A stretch of 64,000 bases of DNA from Candidatus Omnitrophica bacterium UBA6215. GTDB lineage: Bacteria > Omnitrophota > Gorgyraeia > Pluralincolimonadales > Pluralincolimonadaceae. The notes beneath the pieces were generated by a model. That model did not search any database and had not been told where the DNA came from. It saw only the letters and a program-made list of their open reading frames with translations. Of the stretch, positions 41,895 to 51,364 are shown piece after piece; positions within the stretch are counted from its first letter, which is position 1; each line of letters opens with the position of its first letter. Position numbers and translations under genes: made by a program. The stretch covers positions 152,025 through 216,024 of the forward strand of contig DISH01000004.1 in assembly GCA_002421665.1 (NCBI GenBank), in the 5' to 3' direction.

Positions 41895-41981
41895 AAAAGC
41901 ATCAAAAACGCCTTTTAGTCGTATACATTCATCTACTTAGACAGTTTTAGACACTTGGGCGTAATATCATAAGGCACTAGT

Positions 41982-44051
41982 ATGAAAGAAGATAAGAAAA
42001 AAATTTACCTTCGCAGTTTTGGATGCCAGATGAACTTCCGTGATTCCGAAGAGATCGCCGGGCTCATGATGGAAAAGGGCTGGGAGCTTACGGATTCCCC
42101 GGAAGAAGCCGATGCCGCTATATTCAATACGTGCGCCGTGCGCAAGCACGCGGAGGACCGCGCGATCAGCAATGTCGGGGCGCTTGCACCTTTCAAAAAG
42201 AAACGTCCCCGGCTGGTGATAGGCGTTGTCGGCTGCATGGCCAAGGCTCATGGCAGGAATATCATCGACAGGGTACCGATAGTGGATTTTATCGCCGGGC
42301 CGGCAAATATCTATGACATCCCGGCGGCGGTTGACGCTATCATGGCGCGGAGGAAAGACCCGGTCATCTCGACGGACAAGGTCTCGCGTCCGTATATCGG
42401 AAATATCGCCTACCATAATCCCGGCATAAGCGCGCTGGTTACTATCATGGAAGGGTGTAATAACTTCTGCTCGTATTGCATCGTGCCTTATGTCAGGGGC
42501 CGTGAAGTCGGAAGGCCCGCGGATGACATAATAGACGAGATAAAGGCGCTCGCCGATAAAGGGTACAAAGAAGTGACCTTGCTGGGGCAAAATGTTAATT
42601 CATACGCGGATAAGAGCGGAGTGTCCCTAAATGACACGTCCCAAAGTGGCACGTCCCCTTTTACGCGGTTGCTGGAGAGGATCAATGGGATAGAGGGGAT
42701 AGAGCGAGTCCGCTTCCTTACCAGCCACCCGAAGGACGCAAGCGAGGCGCTCTTCAAGGCGATGAGGGACCTGCCGAAGGTATGCGAACATCTCCATTTG
42801 CCCTTGCAGTCGGGTTCTGATAAAATATTAAAGTCGATGAACAGGGGCTATACAGCCTCGGAATACCTGAAGAAAGTCGAACTGCTGCGCAAGTATGTGG
42901 CGGATTGCGCTCTGACAACGGATATAATAGTCGGGTACCCGGGTGAATCGGATGAGGATTTTCGCATGACCGAAAAGGTGATGCGGGAGGCCGGGTTCAA
43001 TTCGGCATTTATATTCAAATACTCTCCGCGCCCTCCGGCTAAGGCGAGCGGGTTCGATGATGATGTGCCGAAGAAGGTAAAAGAGGAGCGCAACCAGGCG
43101 TTGCTCAGGTTAAGGGATAAGATGTCGAGTGCACTCGACAGGGAATTCATAGGCGGTGAGACCGAGGTCCTTGTGGAACAGATATGCAGAAAGGAAAAGC
43201 ATAAAGTGTCCGGACGCAACAGGCAGAACATCAAGGTTGTCTTTGAAGGCGGCAGAGCGCTTATAGGAGCCATAAAAAAGGTGAAGGTATCTTCCGTTGT
43301 CGGCCATACGCTAGCGGGAACGGCGCTGCTGGCGCTATTGGCGGCCGGGTTGCCTTTGATGCCCGCCGCGGCGGAGACCATAGACGAATATTTCGTGAGC
43401 GGCGATTACGAGAATACCGTCAGGGAAGGCGTAAAGCTTGTGCAATCATACAAGGAGAAGGATAAGCTTTATTACATGATCGGCACAAGTCTCAATAAAC
43501 TGGGCCGCTATGACCTCGCCAGGAAGAATTTCAATATACTTATGGATACGGCCCCAAAGAGCAGGTTTGCGCCGTTGGCCCAATTGGGTATAGCCGACAG
43601 TTACTACCTGAGCTCGGACTACAAGAATGCCAGGGCCTGCTATGAAAAATATCTTTCAAAGTACCCGAAATCGGAGGGGGGAGCGGTCGCTTATTTCAGG
43701 CTGGCAAAATGCGCCCAAAAAGAAGGTAACTGGCAGTCGGCGAGGAATTATTACCAGAAAGTAAAGAGCGAATACCCGATGAGTTTTGAAGCTCAGACGG
43801 CCTCGGATGCGCTCAGGGACGAGATACTTTTCTTTACGGTACAGGTCGGCTCATTCAATAAGAAGGCAAATGCCCTCAGGTTATGCGATGAACTTGTCAA
43901 GAAGGGTTATGACGCCTCTATTGTGAAATCGAGCGGTGACGCGGAAGAATCTTATAAGGTAAGGGTCGGCAGGCTCGGCGACAGGGATTCGGCGGAAGCG
44001 CTGGCCAAGAAATTGAGGGCCGAAGGCCTTCCAACGAAAGTCCTTCCGTAA
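41982..44051 (+). CDS. miaB: tRNA-i6A37 methylthiotransferase MiaB with unusual C-terminal TM-TPR-SPOR extension (or in-frame fused/nested second gene from ~43281)
   Basis: MTTase N-domain, radical-SAM CNNFCSYC motif and TRAM domain occupy residues ~1-440; the frame then continues through a hydrophobic helix (LAGTALLALLAAGLPLMPAAA), TPR repeats and a SPOR domain (FTVQVGSF...YKVRVGRLGD) to 44051. An in-frame REP insert lies at 42619-42658. Confidence 0.8.
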   Translation: MKEDKKKIYLRSFGCQMNFRDSEEIAGLMMEKGWELTDSPEEADAAIFNTCAVRKHAEDRAISNVGALAPFKKKRPRLVIGVVGCMAKAHGRNIIDRVPIVDFIAGPANIYDIPAAVDAIMARRKDPVISTDKVSRPYIGNIAYHNPGISALVTIMEGCNNFCSYCIVPYVRGREVGRPADDIIDEIKALADKGYKEVTLLGQNVNSYADKSGVSLNDTSQSGTSPFTRLLERINGIEGIERVRFLTSHPKDASEALFKAMRDLPKVCEHLHLPLQSGSDKILKSMNRGYTASEYLKKVELLRKYVADCALTTDIIVGYPGESDEDFRMTEKVMREAGFNSAFIFKYSPRPPAKASGFDDDVPKKVKEERNQALLRLRDKMSSALDREFIGGETEVLVEQICRKEKHKVSGRNRQNIKVVFEGGRALIGAIKKVKVSSVVGHTLAGTALLALLAAGLPLMPAAAETIDEYFVSGDYENTVREGVKLVQSYKEKDKLYYMIGTSLNKLGRYDLARKNFNILMDTAPKSRFAPLAQLGIADSYYLSSDYKNARACYEKYLSKYPKSEGGAVAYFRLAKCAQKEGNWQSARNYYQKVKSEYPMSFEAQTASDALRDEILFFTVQVGSFNKKANALRLCDELVKKGYDASIVKSSGDAEESYKVRVGRLGDRDSAEALAKKLRAEGLPTKVLP
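42619..42658 (-). repeat. REP-like 40 bp element embedded in-frame in miaB
   Basis: GAGTGTCCCTAAATGACACGTCCCAAAGTGGCACGTCCCC, same family as 8255-8294; translated as VSLNDTSQSGTSP inside the MiaB loop between NSY and FTRLL. Confidence 0.8.
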
Positions 44052-44054
44052 TTT

Positions 44055-44972
44055 ATGGCTGACAGGATAATCTTTATCGTAGGCCCCACCGCAATAGGCA
44101 AGACCGGCTTGTCTTTTGAGCTGGCCCGTATCATAGACTGCGAGATAATCTCCTGTGATTCAATGCAGGTCTATAAGAGGATGGATATCGGGACGTCGAA
44201 ACCCGCCGCGATGCTGCTTAATGCGCTGCCCCACCACCTGATAAATGTAGTCGAGCCCTCCGAAGAATTTTCCGTGGCTCAATACCGCGAGCTGGCAGTT
44301 AAGGCGATCGAGGGCATAATATCAAGGAAGAAGACGCCGCTGGTGGTCGGCGGAAGCGGCCTTTACGCGAAGGTGCTTATAGACGGGATATTCGAAGCGC
44401 CGGTTACCGACAGGCGGCTCAGGGAGTCCCTGCAGGAAGAGGCAGAGGAGTTCGGCCCGGAAGCCCTGCACAAGCGGCTGGCCGGGGTGGACCCGCAGGC
44501 TGCGGCTAAGATACACGTGAATGACCTTCGAAGGATAATAAGGGCCATCGAGGTATACGAGAAAGCGAAAGAGCCTATATCCGAGCTGCAGAAAAAGACC
44601 TCGGGCCTGGGGGAGAGATATGATGTCAGGATATTCGGCCTTACTATGGAACGAGCGGCGTTATACAGGAAGATAGATGAAAGGGTGGATCTCATGTTCT
44701 CCGGAGGGCTGGTAGGCGAAGCCGAGGCACTTATGGCCGGAAAGCTGAGCCTGACGGCTTCGCAGGCGCTCGGATATAAGGAGATATTCGGCTATCTCGC
44801 CGGCGAATACGGTCTGGAAGAAGCCAAGAGGCTTGTAAAGAGGGACACCCGCCGTTTCGCGAAACGCCAGCTTACATGGTTCAGGGGGGACGAGCGCGTG
44901 GAATGGATCGAGCTTGATGAAAATTTTGATACGGAGGCGGTCGCAAGGGATATATGGAAAAAGCTCTCTTAG
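44055..44972 (+). CDS. miaA: tRNA dimethylallyltransferase
   Basis: [11 protein letters not shown]-loop, SCDSMQVY motif; 305 aa. Confidence 0.93.
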   Translation: MADRIIFIVGPTAIGKTGLSFELARIIDCEIISCDSMQVYKRMDIGTSKPAAMLLNALPHHLINVVEPSEEFSVAQYRELAVKAIEGIISRKKTPLVVGGSGLYAKVLIDGIFEAPVTDRRLRESLQEEAEEFGPEALHKRLAGVDPQAAAKIHVNDLRRIIRAIEVYEKAKEPISELQKKTSGLGERYDVRIFGLTMERAALYRKIDERVDLMFSGGLVGEAEALMAGKLSLTASQALGYKEIFGYLAGEYGLEEAKRLVKRDTRRFAKRQLTWFRGDERVEWIELDENFDTEAVARDIWKKLS

Positions 44973-46216
44973 TAACGGTCGAGTTCTTCGATAAAGCGTA
45001 TAAAGATTCCTGGAAACTCGATGACATAAATTTTGAACTTCGCGAATTGGTTAAGTCCGCGGGCCTCCAGGTCGTAGACCTGGTAGAATGTTTCAAAGAC
45101 AAACCGGCGCCGGGGCACTATATAGGTAAAGGCAAAGCAGGCGAGATAAAACTTATATGCAGGGACAAGGGCGCTGATGTTGTTATTTTTGGCGATGACC
45201 TTTCGCCGACACAACAGCAGAACCTCGAAGAAGAGATAGGCCTGAAGGTAATAGACAGGACGCAGTTGATCCTAGACATATTTGCCGGCAGGGCGCATTC
45301 CGCCGAGGGCAAGGTACAGGTCGAGCTTGCCCAACTCCAATACCTTCTGCCCAGGTTGAAAGGAAAAGGCGTCATGCTTTCAAGATTGGGCGGAGGGATC
45401 GGCACCAGGGGCCCCGGCGAGCAGAAGCTGGAGATGGACCGCCGCAAGATAAGGGAGAAGATCTCGAGGCTCAAGGAAAGCCTTTCTAAGATACATGAAC
45501 GCAGGGAGGGGCTTCGCAGGAAACGCCGCGAGGGAGAGGTTGCTATAATATCCCTCGTCGGTTATACAAACGCTGGAAAGTCAACCCTGCTCAATGCTCT
45601 CACCGATTCCGAAGTACTTTCACAGGACAGGCTCTTTTCCACACTGGACCCTACCGCGCGCCGGCTGGTGCTCCCGAACAACCAGAAGGCGGTATTCGTG
45701 GATACAGTCGGCTTCCTCCACAGATTGCCGCACCATCTTATCGAGGCCTTTAAGGCGACCCTGGAAGAGGCCGCGGAAGCGGATATGCTCATACATGTCC
45801 TTGACGCTTCAAGCCCGATAATATACGAAATGAACCAGGCCGTGCATGAGGTCCTGGAGGAGCTCGATATCCGGGACAAGACGGTCATAACGGTCCTCAA
45901 TAAGATCGACAGGGTTGAGGATATGGCCGTAATTAACCGGCTCCTCAGGGAGTTCGACAATTCGATCGCCATATCGGCCCTGAACAGACAGAACCTCGAA
46001 GAGTTAGTACAGCGCATCTCCATGATACTCTTTGCCTCGCTGGTATACGTAAAAGCCGCCATACCCCAGTCCGAAGGCAAACTCCTGAGCCAGATATATA
46101 AGGAGTCCAGTATAATAAGCCGCGACTTCAAGGGGGAGCATGTCTACATTGAAGCTGACATGCCTATACGTTTAAAAAATTTACTTGACAAAAGAGGTTT
46201 TTGTGATAAACTTTGA
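44954..46216 (+). CDS. hflX: GTPase HflX
   Basis: HflX N-domain and G-domain motifs [18 protein letters not shown]. Confidence 0.9.
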   Translation: MEKALLVTVEFFDKAYKDSWKLDDINFELRELVKSAGLQVVDLVECFKDKPAPGHYIGKGKAGEIKLICRDKGADVVIFGDDLSPTQQQNLEEEIGLKVIDRTQLILDIFAGRAHSAEGKVQVELAQLQYLLPRLKGKGVMLSRLGGGIGTRGPGEQKLEMDRRKIREKISRLKESLSKIHERREGLRRKRREGEVAIISLVGYTNAGKSTLLNALTDSEVLSQDRLFSTLDPTARRLVLPNNQKAVFVDTVGFLHRLPHHLIEAFKATLEEAAEADMLIHVLDASSPIIYEMNQAVHEVLEELDIRDKTVITVLNKIDRVEDMAVINRLLREFDNSIAISALNRQNLEELVQRISMILFASLVYVKAAIPQSEGKLLSQIYKESSIISRDFKGEHVYIEADMPIRLKNLLDKRGFCDKL

Positions 46217-46243
46217 TTAGCACTCAACTTAAAAGAGTGCTAA
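46217..46243 (+). promoter_or_regulatory. CIRCE operator (HrcA binding site)
   Basis: TTAGCACTC-AACTTAAAA-GAGTGCTAA, a perfect 9-N9-9 inverted repeat 17 bp upstream of the hrcA start. Confidence 0.9.
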
Positions 46244-46259
46244 TGCAGCATCAAAATAG

Positions 46260-47315
46260 GTGTCCAATATGGTCGTAACTAATTCATTATCAAGGAGAAA
46301 CAGCATTTTGGAGGTAGTGGTCGATTCATACGTCTCGACCGCAACCCCGGTTGGTTCCCTTGCAGTGTCCAAGAAGCTCAGGGAACACCTGAGCCCGGCT
46401 ACGATCAGGAATATCATGTCCACTCTTGAGGAGATGGGGTACATAACCCATCCGCATACCTCGGCGGGCAGGATACCGACCGATAAGGGTTACAGGTATT
46501 TCATAGATTCTATAATGGAACCGAGGCGCCTTACCCAAGATGAGAAGAAGTCGGTTGAAGGGACGCTCAGGGAGGACGCCGAGGAGCTTGAGGAGTTGAT
46601 AAAAAGGGTCGCCAGGATAGTATCCGGATTGACCGGGCAGACTTCCATAGTGAGTTACCCGCGCGCAAAAAGGAGGACTTTCAAGAGGATAGAGCTTATT
46701 CCCGCGACCAGGACCAAAGTATATGCGCTCCTGTTCACCGCGCAGGGGTTGGTGAAGCATTCGATGTTCGAGATAAGGGAGTCTGTAGAAGAGAGTGAAC
46801 TTTCGAGGGTCTCAAAATTCCTGAACGATGAGCTTGACGGCCTGCAGTTGAGTGACGTTACCGGTTATCTGCTCAGGAAGATGATGGGCGAAGGCGACCC
46901 GCTCTACCACCTGCTCAAAGAAGCCAGCGAGTTGTTGAACATGTCTCATATACTCGATGACAGCGACGAGAGGATACTTCTTGACGGAACGCATTACATG
47001 ATAGAACAGCCGGAGTTCCGGGACGCGGCCAAGGTCAAGCATCTTATAAAGGTCCTCGAGGACGAGGATGAAATACTCGATATCATGGACGGCGACCTTA
47101 ACGAGAATAAAGCGAGAGTTCATATAGGTTCCGAGAACCCTTTTGACAACATGAAGGAATGCAGCCTGGTGATCTCCAATTACAGGATAGGCGACAGGAA
47201 TGTCGGAAGCATAGGCGTGATAGGCCCGACCAGGATGGACTACCCTCGCGCGATCCCGGCGGTAGAGTTCGTCAGCGATGTTTTTAGCAGCCTTCTTACA
47301 AGACTGAGTGAATAA
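46260..47315 (+). CDS. hrcA: heat-inducible transcription repressor HrcA
   Basis: RRNSILEVVVDSYVSTATPVGS HTH region; 351 aa; GTG 46260 or ATG 46269 start. Confidence 0.9.
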   Translation: MSNMVVTNSLSRRNSILEVVVDSYVSTATPVGSLAVSKKLREHLSPATIRNIMSTLEEMGYITHPHTSAGRIPTDKGYRYFIDSIMEPRRLTQDEKKSVEGTLREDAEELEELIKRVARIVSGLTGQTSIVSYPRAKRRTFKRIELIPATRTKVYALLFTAQGLVKHSMFEIRESVEESELSRVSKFLNDELDGLQLSDVTGYLLRKMMGEGDPLYHLLKEASELLNMSHILDDSDERILLDGTHYMIEQPEFRDAAKVKHLIKVLEDEDEILDIMDGDLNENKARVHIGSENPFDNMKECSLVISNYRIGDRNVGSIGVIGPTRMDYPRAIPAVEFVSDVFSSLLTRLSE

Positions 47316-47819
47316 ATGGAAGAAGAAAAGAAAGAAACGAAGATAACGGAAGAAGAGCTTCTCGATAAGATGCTGCGGATGCAGGCCGATTTCGAGAACC
47401 GCAGGAAACGCCAGGAGAGGGAGAAGCAGGATTTTGTGAGGTTTGCCAACGAGTCGCTGATCTCGGAGCTGCTCAGGGTCATGGATGATTTCGAGCGCGC
47501 GATCGATTCGGCGAAGAATACAAATGACGCCAAGGTGCTGGTGCAGGGGATAGAGATGGTCCGTGCCGATTTCCAAGGGATATTGAAGGATAACGGTTTG
47601 AAGGTCATTGACCCGCAGGGGCAGCCTTTCGACCCGGAAAAGCATGAGGCGGTCGAGCATGTCGAAGACGCGGAACACCCCGATAATACGGTCTTGGAAG
47701 TATTGAGGAAAGGATATGAGCTCAACGGCAAAGTCTTGAGGCCGGCGGCTGTTAAGGTTTCGAACGGGAAAGAAGAGATAATAGAAGACAAAGAAGAAGA
47801 GAAAGAGGAGGACAAATAA
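47316..47819 (+). CDS. grpE: nucleotide exchange factor GrpE
   Basis: 167 aa; RMQADFENRRKR and DPEKHEAV motifs. Confidence 0.9.
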   Translation: MEEEKKETKITEEELLDKMLRMQADFENRRKRQEREKQDFVRFANESLISELLRVMDDFERAIDSAKNTNDAKVLVQGIEMVRADFQGILKDNGLKVIDPQGQPFDPEKHEAVEHVEDAEHPDNTVLEVLRKGYELNGKVLRPAAVKVSNGKEEIIEDKEEEKEEDK

Positions 47820-49757
47820 ATGGCAAAAGCGATAGGCATAGACTTAGGTACTTCGAACTCGGCGGCGGCGGCCATGGAGGGAGACCGTCCGGCGATAATC
47901 CCGTCCGCGGAAGGCGCGGGTGTGGCGAGCGGAAAGGCGTTCCCGTCTTATGTGGCTTTCACTAAGGACGGCCAGCGCCTGGTAGGCGAGCCGGCCCGCA
48001 GGCAGGCGGCCATCAACCCCGAGGGCACGATACAGGCCGCGAAGAGGAAGATGGGTACGGACTATAAGTTCGGGGTATTCGGTAAGGAATATACTCCCCA
48101 GCAGATATCGGCTTTCATACTGCAAAAGATCAAGCAGGATGCCGAGGCCTATCTGGGCGATTCCGTGACCGAGGCGGTCATAACCTGCCCGGCGTATTTT
48201 AACGATAACCAGCGCCAGGCTACCAAGGATGCCGGTGAGATTGCCGGACTTAAGGTATTGCGCATCATAAACGAGCCGACGGCCGCGTGCCTTGCTTATG
48301 GCATTGACAAGGCCGAGAAAGAGATGAAGATAATGGTCTTCGACCTCGGCGGCGGCACGCTTGATGTCACGATAATGGAAATGTGGTATGACAAGGAACA
48401 GAAGGCCAGCGGATTCGAGGTGCTCTCGACCAATGGCGATACCCAGCTCGGCGGTACCGACATGGATAACGCTTTGATAGAATACCTCGTCGGGACGTTC
48501 AAGCGCGAGACGGGCATAGACCTTAAGAGTGATAAGATGGCCGTGCAGAGGCTTCGCGAGGCGGCGGAGAAGGCGAAGGTCGAACTCTCAAGCACGCTTC
48601 AGACCGACATCAACCTGCCGTTCATTACGGCCGATGCCTCAGGGCCTAAGCATTTCACGCATACGATAACCCGCGCGAAACTTGAGGACCTGGTATCGCC
48701 GATAGTCAACAGGTGCCGCGCCCCCATGGAAAATGCCGTAAAGGACGCGAAACTGACGATGAACGACATCTCGAGGGTAATACTCGTCGGCGGCCCGACA
48801 CGCATGCCGATAATCCAAAAGTTCGTCGAGGACTATGTCGGCAAGAAAATAGAGCGCGGTGTAGATCCGATGGAATGCGTCGCTTTAGGCGCCGCGATAC
48901 AGGCGGCCGCGTTGAGAGGCGAAATAAAAGACATACAGCTTTTGGATGTTACCCCGCTTTCGCTTGGTATCGAGACACTTGGCGGCGTTTTCACTAAGTT
49001 GATCGAAAGGAATACCACCATACCGACCAGGCAGAGCCAGGTATTCTCTACGGCCGCGGACAACCAGCCCGCTGTTACCGTGCGCGTATTGCAGGGAGAG
49101 CGCCAGATGGCCAACGACAATACAGAGCTTGGGCGATTTGACCTTGTAGGTATCCCGCCCGCGCCGAGGGGCATACCGAAGATAGAAGTTACCTTCGATA
49201 TAGACGCAAACGGTATCGTCCACGTTAACGCGAAAGACATGGGCACCGGAAAGGAGCAGTCGATAAAGATAACCGCTCCGACGAAACTCTCGAAGGAAGA
49301 GATAGACCGCATGGTCAAGGAGGCCGAGAAGTTCGCTTCCGAAGATACCAAGAAGAAGGAAGAGGTCGAAGTGGTCAACCAGGCCGACAGTCTTGTCTAT
49401 ACGACCGAGAAGTCGCTCAAGGATTACGGCGACAAGGTCAGCCAGCAGGAGAGGGCGAATATAGAGACGGCCCTTAATGACCTGAAACAGGCGATAAAGG
49501 ATAAGAACGTCGACCGCATCAAGAAGTCGATGGAGACTCTACAGCAGGCCTCGTACAAACTTGCTGAGGAGATATACAAGGCGAGCGCGCAAAAACCCCA
49601 AGGGGGCCAGGCCGACGCGGGTCCGCAGGGTGGACCACAAGCCGGGCCGGAGCAGCCACAGGGCGACGCTTCCGGGGACCAGACGGGTGAAGCCGGTCCC
49701 AAGAAAGACGACATCATCGACGCCGAGTTCAAGGCGGACGACGACAACAAAAAGTAA
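47820..49757 (+). CDS. dnaK: molecular chaperone DnaK (Hsp70)
   Basis: [19 protein letters not shown] and [10 protein letters not shown] Hsp70 signatures; 645 aa. Confidence 0.98.
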   Translation: MAKAIGIDLGTSNSAAAAMEGDRPAIIPSAEGAGVASGKAFPSYVAFTKDGQRLVGEPARRQAAINPEGTIQAAKRKMGTDYKFGVFGKEYTPQQISAFILQKIKQDAEAYLGDSVTEAVITCPAYFNDNQRQATKDAGEIAGLKVLRIINEPTAACLAYGIDKAEKEMKIMVFDLGGGTLDVTIMEMWYDKEQKASGFEVLSTNGDTQLGGTDMDNALIEYLVGTFKRETGIDLKSDKMAVQRLREAAEKAKVELSSTLQTDINLPFITADASGPKHFTHTITRAKLEDLVSPIVNRCRAPMENAVKDAKLTMNDISRVILVGGPTRMPIIQKFVEDYVGKKIERGVDPMECVALGAAIQAAALRGEIKDIQLLDVTPLSLGIETLGGVFTKLIERNTTIPTRQSQVFSTAADNQPAVTVRVLQGERQMANDNTELGRFDLVGIPPAPRGIPKIEVTFDIDANGIVHVNAKDMGTGKEQSIKITAPTKLSKEEIDRMVKEAEKFASEDTKKKEEVEVVNQADSLVYTTEKSLKDYGDKVSQQERANIETALNDLKQAIKDKNVDRIKKSMETLQQASYKLAEEIYKASAQKPQGGQADAGPQGGPQAGPEQPQGDASGDQTGEAGPKKDDIIDAEFKADDDNKK

Positions 49758-49763
49758 AGAACA

Positions 49764-49823
49764 GGGGACGTGTCACTTTGGGACACTCTACTACAGTAAC
49801 CTGTCCCAAAGTGACACGTCCCC
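49764..49823. repeat. 60 bp REP-family palindrome (hairpin) in the dnaK-dnaJ spacer
   Basis: GGGGACGTGTCACTTTGGGACA-CTCTACTACAGTAACC-TGTCCCAAAGTGACACGTCCCC; 22 bp perfect arms; same family as the RAYT-flanking REPs. Confidence 0.85.
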
Positions 49824-49832
49824 ATAATAAAT

Positions 49833-50996
49833 ATGGCTACGAAGAGAGATTATTATGAGATACTCGGCGTTCAGAAGAGCGCCGGGGCCGATGAGATAAA
49901 GAGCGCCTACCGAAAGTTGGCGCTCAAGTATCATCCGGACAGGAACCCTAACGACAAAAAGGCAGCGGAAGAGAAGTTCAAGGAGCTTTCCGAGGCCTAT
50001 GCCGTTCTTTCCGATCCGCAGAAGAAGGCGCAGTATGACCAGTTCGGCCATGAGGGTATAGATTCGCGCTATACCTCCGAGGATATATTCAGGGGCGCGG
50101 ATTTTTCCAGTGTGTTCGATGACCTCGGCCTGGGCGGAATTAACCTTGAGGATATACTGGGCGGCATCTTTGGAGGGGGTGGCGGCGGGATGTTCGGCGG
50201 CCGCAGGGGCTCCGGCGGAAAGCGCCGCGGTTCCGACTTGCAGTTTGACCTGGAGATAAGTTTCAACGAGGCGGCTTCCGGAGTATCTAAAGAATTTGTT
50301 ATCCCCAGGCACGAAGTCTGCCAGGGCTGTAAGGGCGAAGGCACGGCCCCGGGGTCGAGCAGGCAAACCTGCCCCAAATGCGGCGGGTCCGGCCAGATAC
50401 GTTCTTCACAGGGTTTCATGGTCTTTTCCCGTCCATGCGATAAATGCGGCGGAGAGGGCAGCATAATTTCGAAACCCTGCCCGAAATGCAGGGGCAGCGG
50501 CAGGACGGTAGTCGACAGGAAGATAACCGTCAAGATACCTGCGGGCATAGAAAGCGGTATGCGCCTGCGCGTTGCCGGTGAAGGTGAGGCCGGAATGCGC
50601 GGAGGCCCGCGAGGGGACCTTTATGTCCTGATATATGTCAGGCCCCACGAGATATTCGAACGCCATGGCAGCGACATACTTTGTGAAGTGCCCGTATCCA
50701 TGGTTGACGCCGCGCTCGGGACCGAAGTGGAAGTCCCCACCCTTAAAGGTAAAGTGAGGATGAAAGTCCCGGCCGGCACCCAGAGCGGCAGGATATTCAG
50801 GTTAAGGGCGGAGGGGATGCCAGACGTGCACTCCGGCATACGCGGAGATGAGCATGTGCGCGTTATTGTAGAGACCCCTGCCGCGATGAATGAGTCCCAG
50901 AAACGGCTGCTCAGGGAATTCGCGAAAGCCTCCGGTGAAGAGACCTTCCCCAAAGCCGCCTCATTCATCAGGAAGATCAAGAGTTTCTTCAGGTGA
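49833..50996 (+). CDS. dnaJ: molecular chaperone DnaJ
   Basis: J-domain (YYEILGV...HPD), G/F-rich linker, four CxxCxGxG zinc-finger repeats. Confidence 0.97.
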   Translation: MATKRDYYEILGVQKSAGADEIKSAYRKLALKYHPDRNPNDKKAAEEKFKELSEAYAVLSDPQKKAQYDQFGHEGIDSRYTSEDIFRGADFSSVFDDLGLGGINLEDILGGIFGGGGGGMFGGRRGSGGKRRGSDLQFDLEISFNEAASGVSKEFVIPRHEVCQGCKGEGTAPGSSRQTCPKCGGSGQIRSSQGFMVFSRPCDKCGGEGSIISKPCPKCRGSGRTVVDRKITVKIPAGIESGMRLRVAGEGEAGMRGGPRGDLYVLIYVRPHEIFERHGSDILCEVPVSMVDAALGTEVEVPTLKGKVRMKVPAGTQSGRIFRLRAEGMPDVHSGIRGDEHVRVIVETPAAMNESQKRLLREFAKASGEETFPKAASFIRKIKSFFR

Positions 50997-51364
50997 ATCC
51001 GTCAGCACGCGGACCCTTCCTGCGGTTCCTTATTTTTTGGTTCCCAGTAATAGCATATTGTGCTATAATCTTCATCGGTTCCGCGATGGAGCATCCGCTT
51101 CCCGAAACGCAAATCCCGCAGCTCGATAAATTATTGCACGCGGTCGAGTTCGGGGCCCTATGTTTCTTATTGATAAGGGCGTTAAAAGGGAGTTTTACCG
51201 GGTTAAGCGGTTTCAGGCTATTGGCATTCGCGGTCATCCTGACAACAATATATGGAGCCACCGATGAGATCCACCAGCTTTTTGTCCCCGGAAGGGTCAG
51301 CAGCTTTATCGACCTTTTCTTTGATTTTCTCGGGGCGCTGGCGGTGGGCTTTTTAAAAAGATGA
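50993..51364 (+). CDS. VanZ family membrane protein
   Basis: 123 aa; [11 protein letters not shown] VanZ signature. Confidence 0.7.
   Translation: MNPSARGPFLRFLIFWFPVIAYCAIIFIGSAMEHPLPETQIPQLDKLLHAVEFGALCFLLIRALKGSFTGLSGFRLLAFAVILTTIYGATDEIHQLFVPGRVSSFIDLFFDFLGALAVGFLKR

Larger units (their letters stand above)
36605..41980 (+). mobile_element. AT-rich horizontally acquired island carrying a Gabija-like defence module
   Basis: Abrupt drop in G+C and switch to A/T-rich codons between the radical-SAM gene and miaB; contains an OLD-family ATPase/nuclease, a UvrD-like helicase and an HTH_17 protein; no integrase or tRNA seen. Confidence 0.75.
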
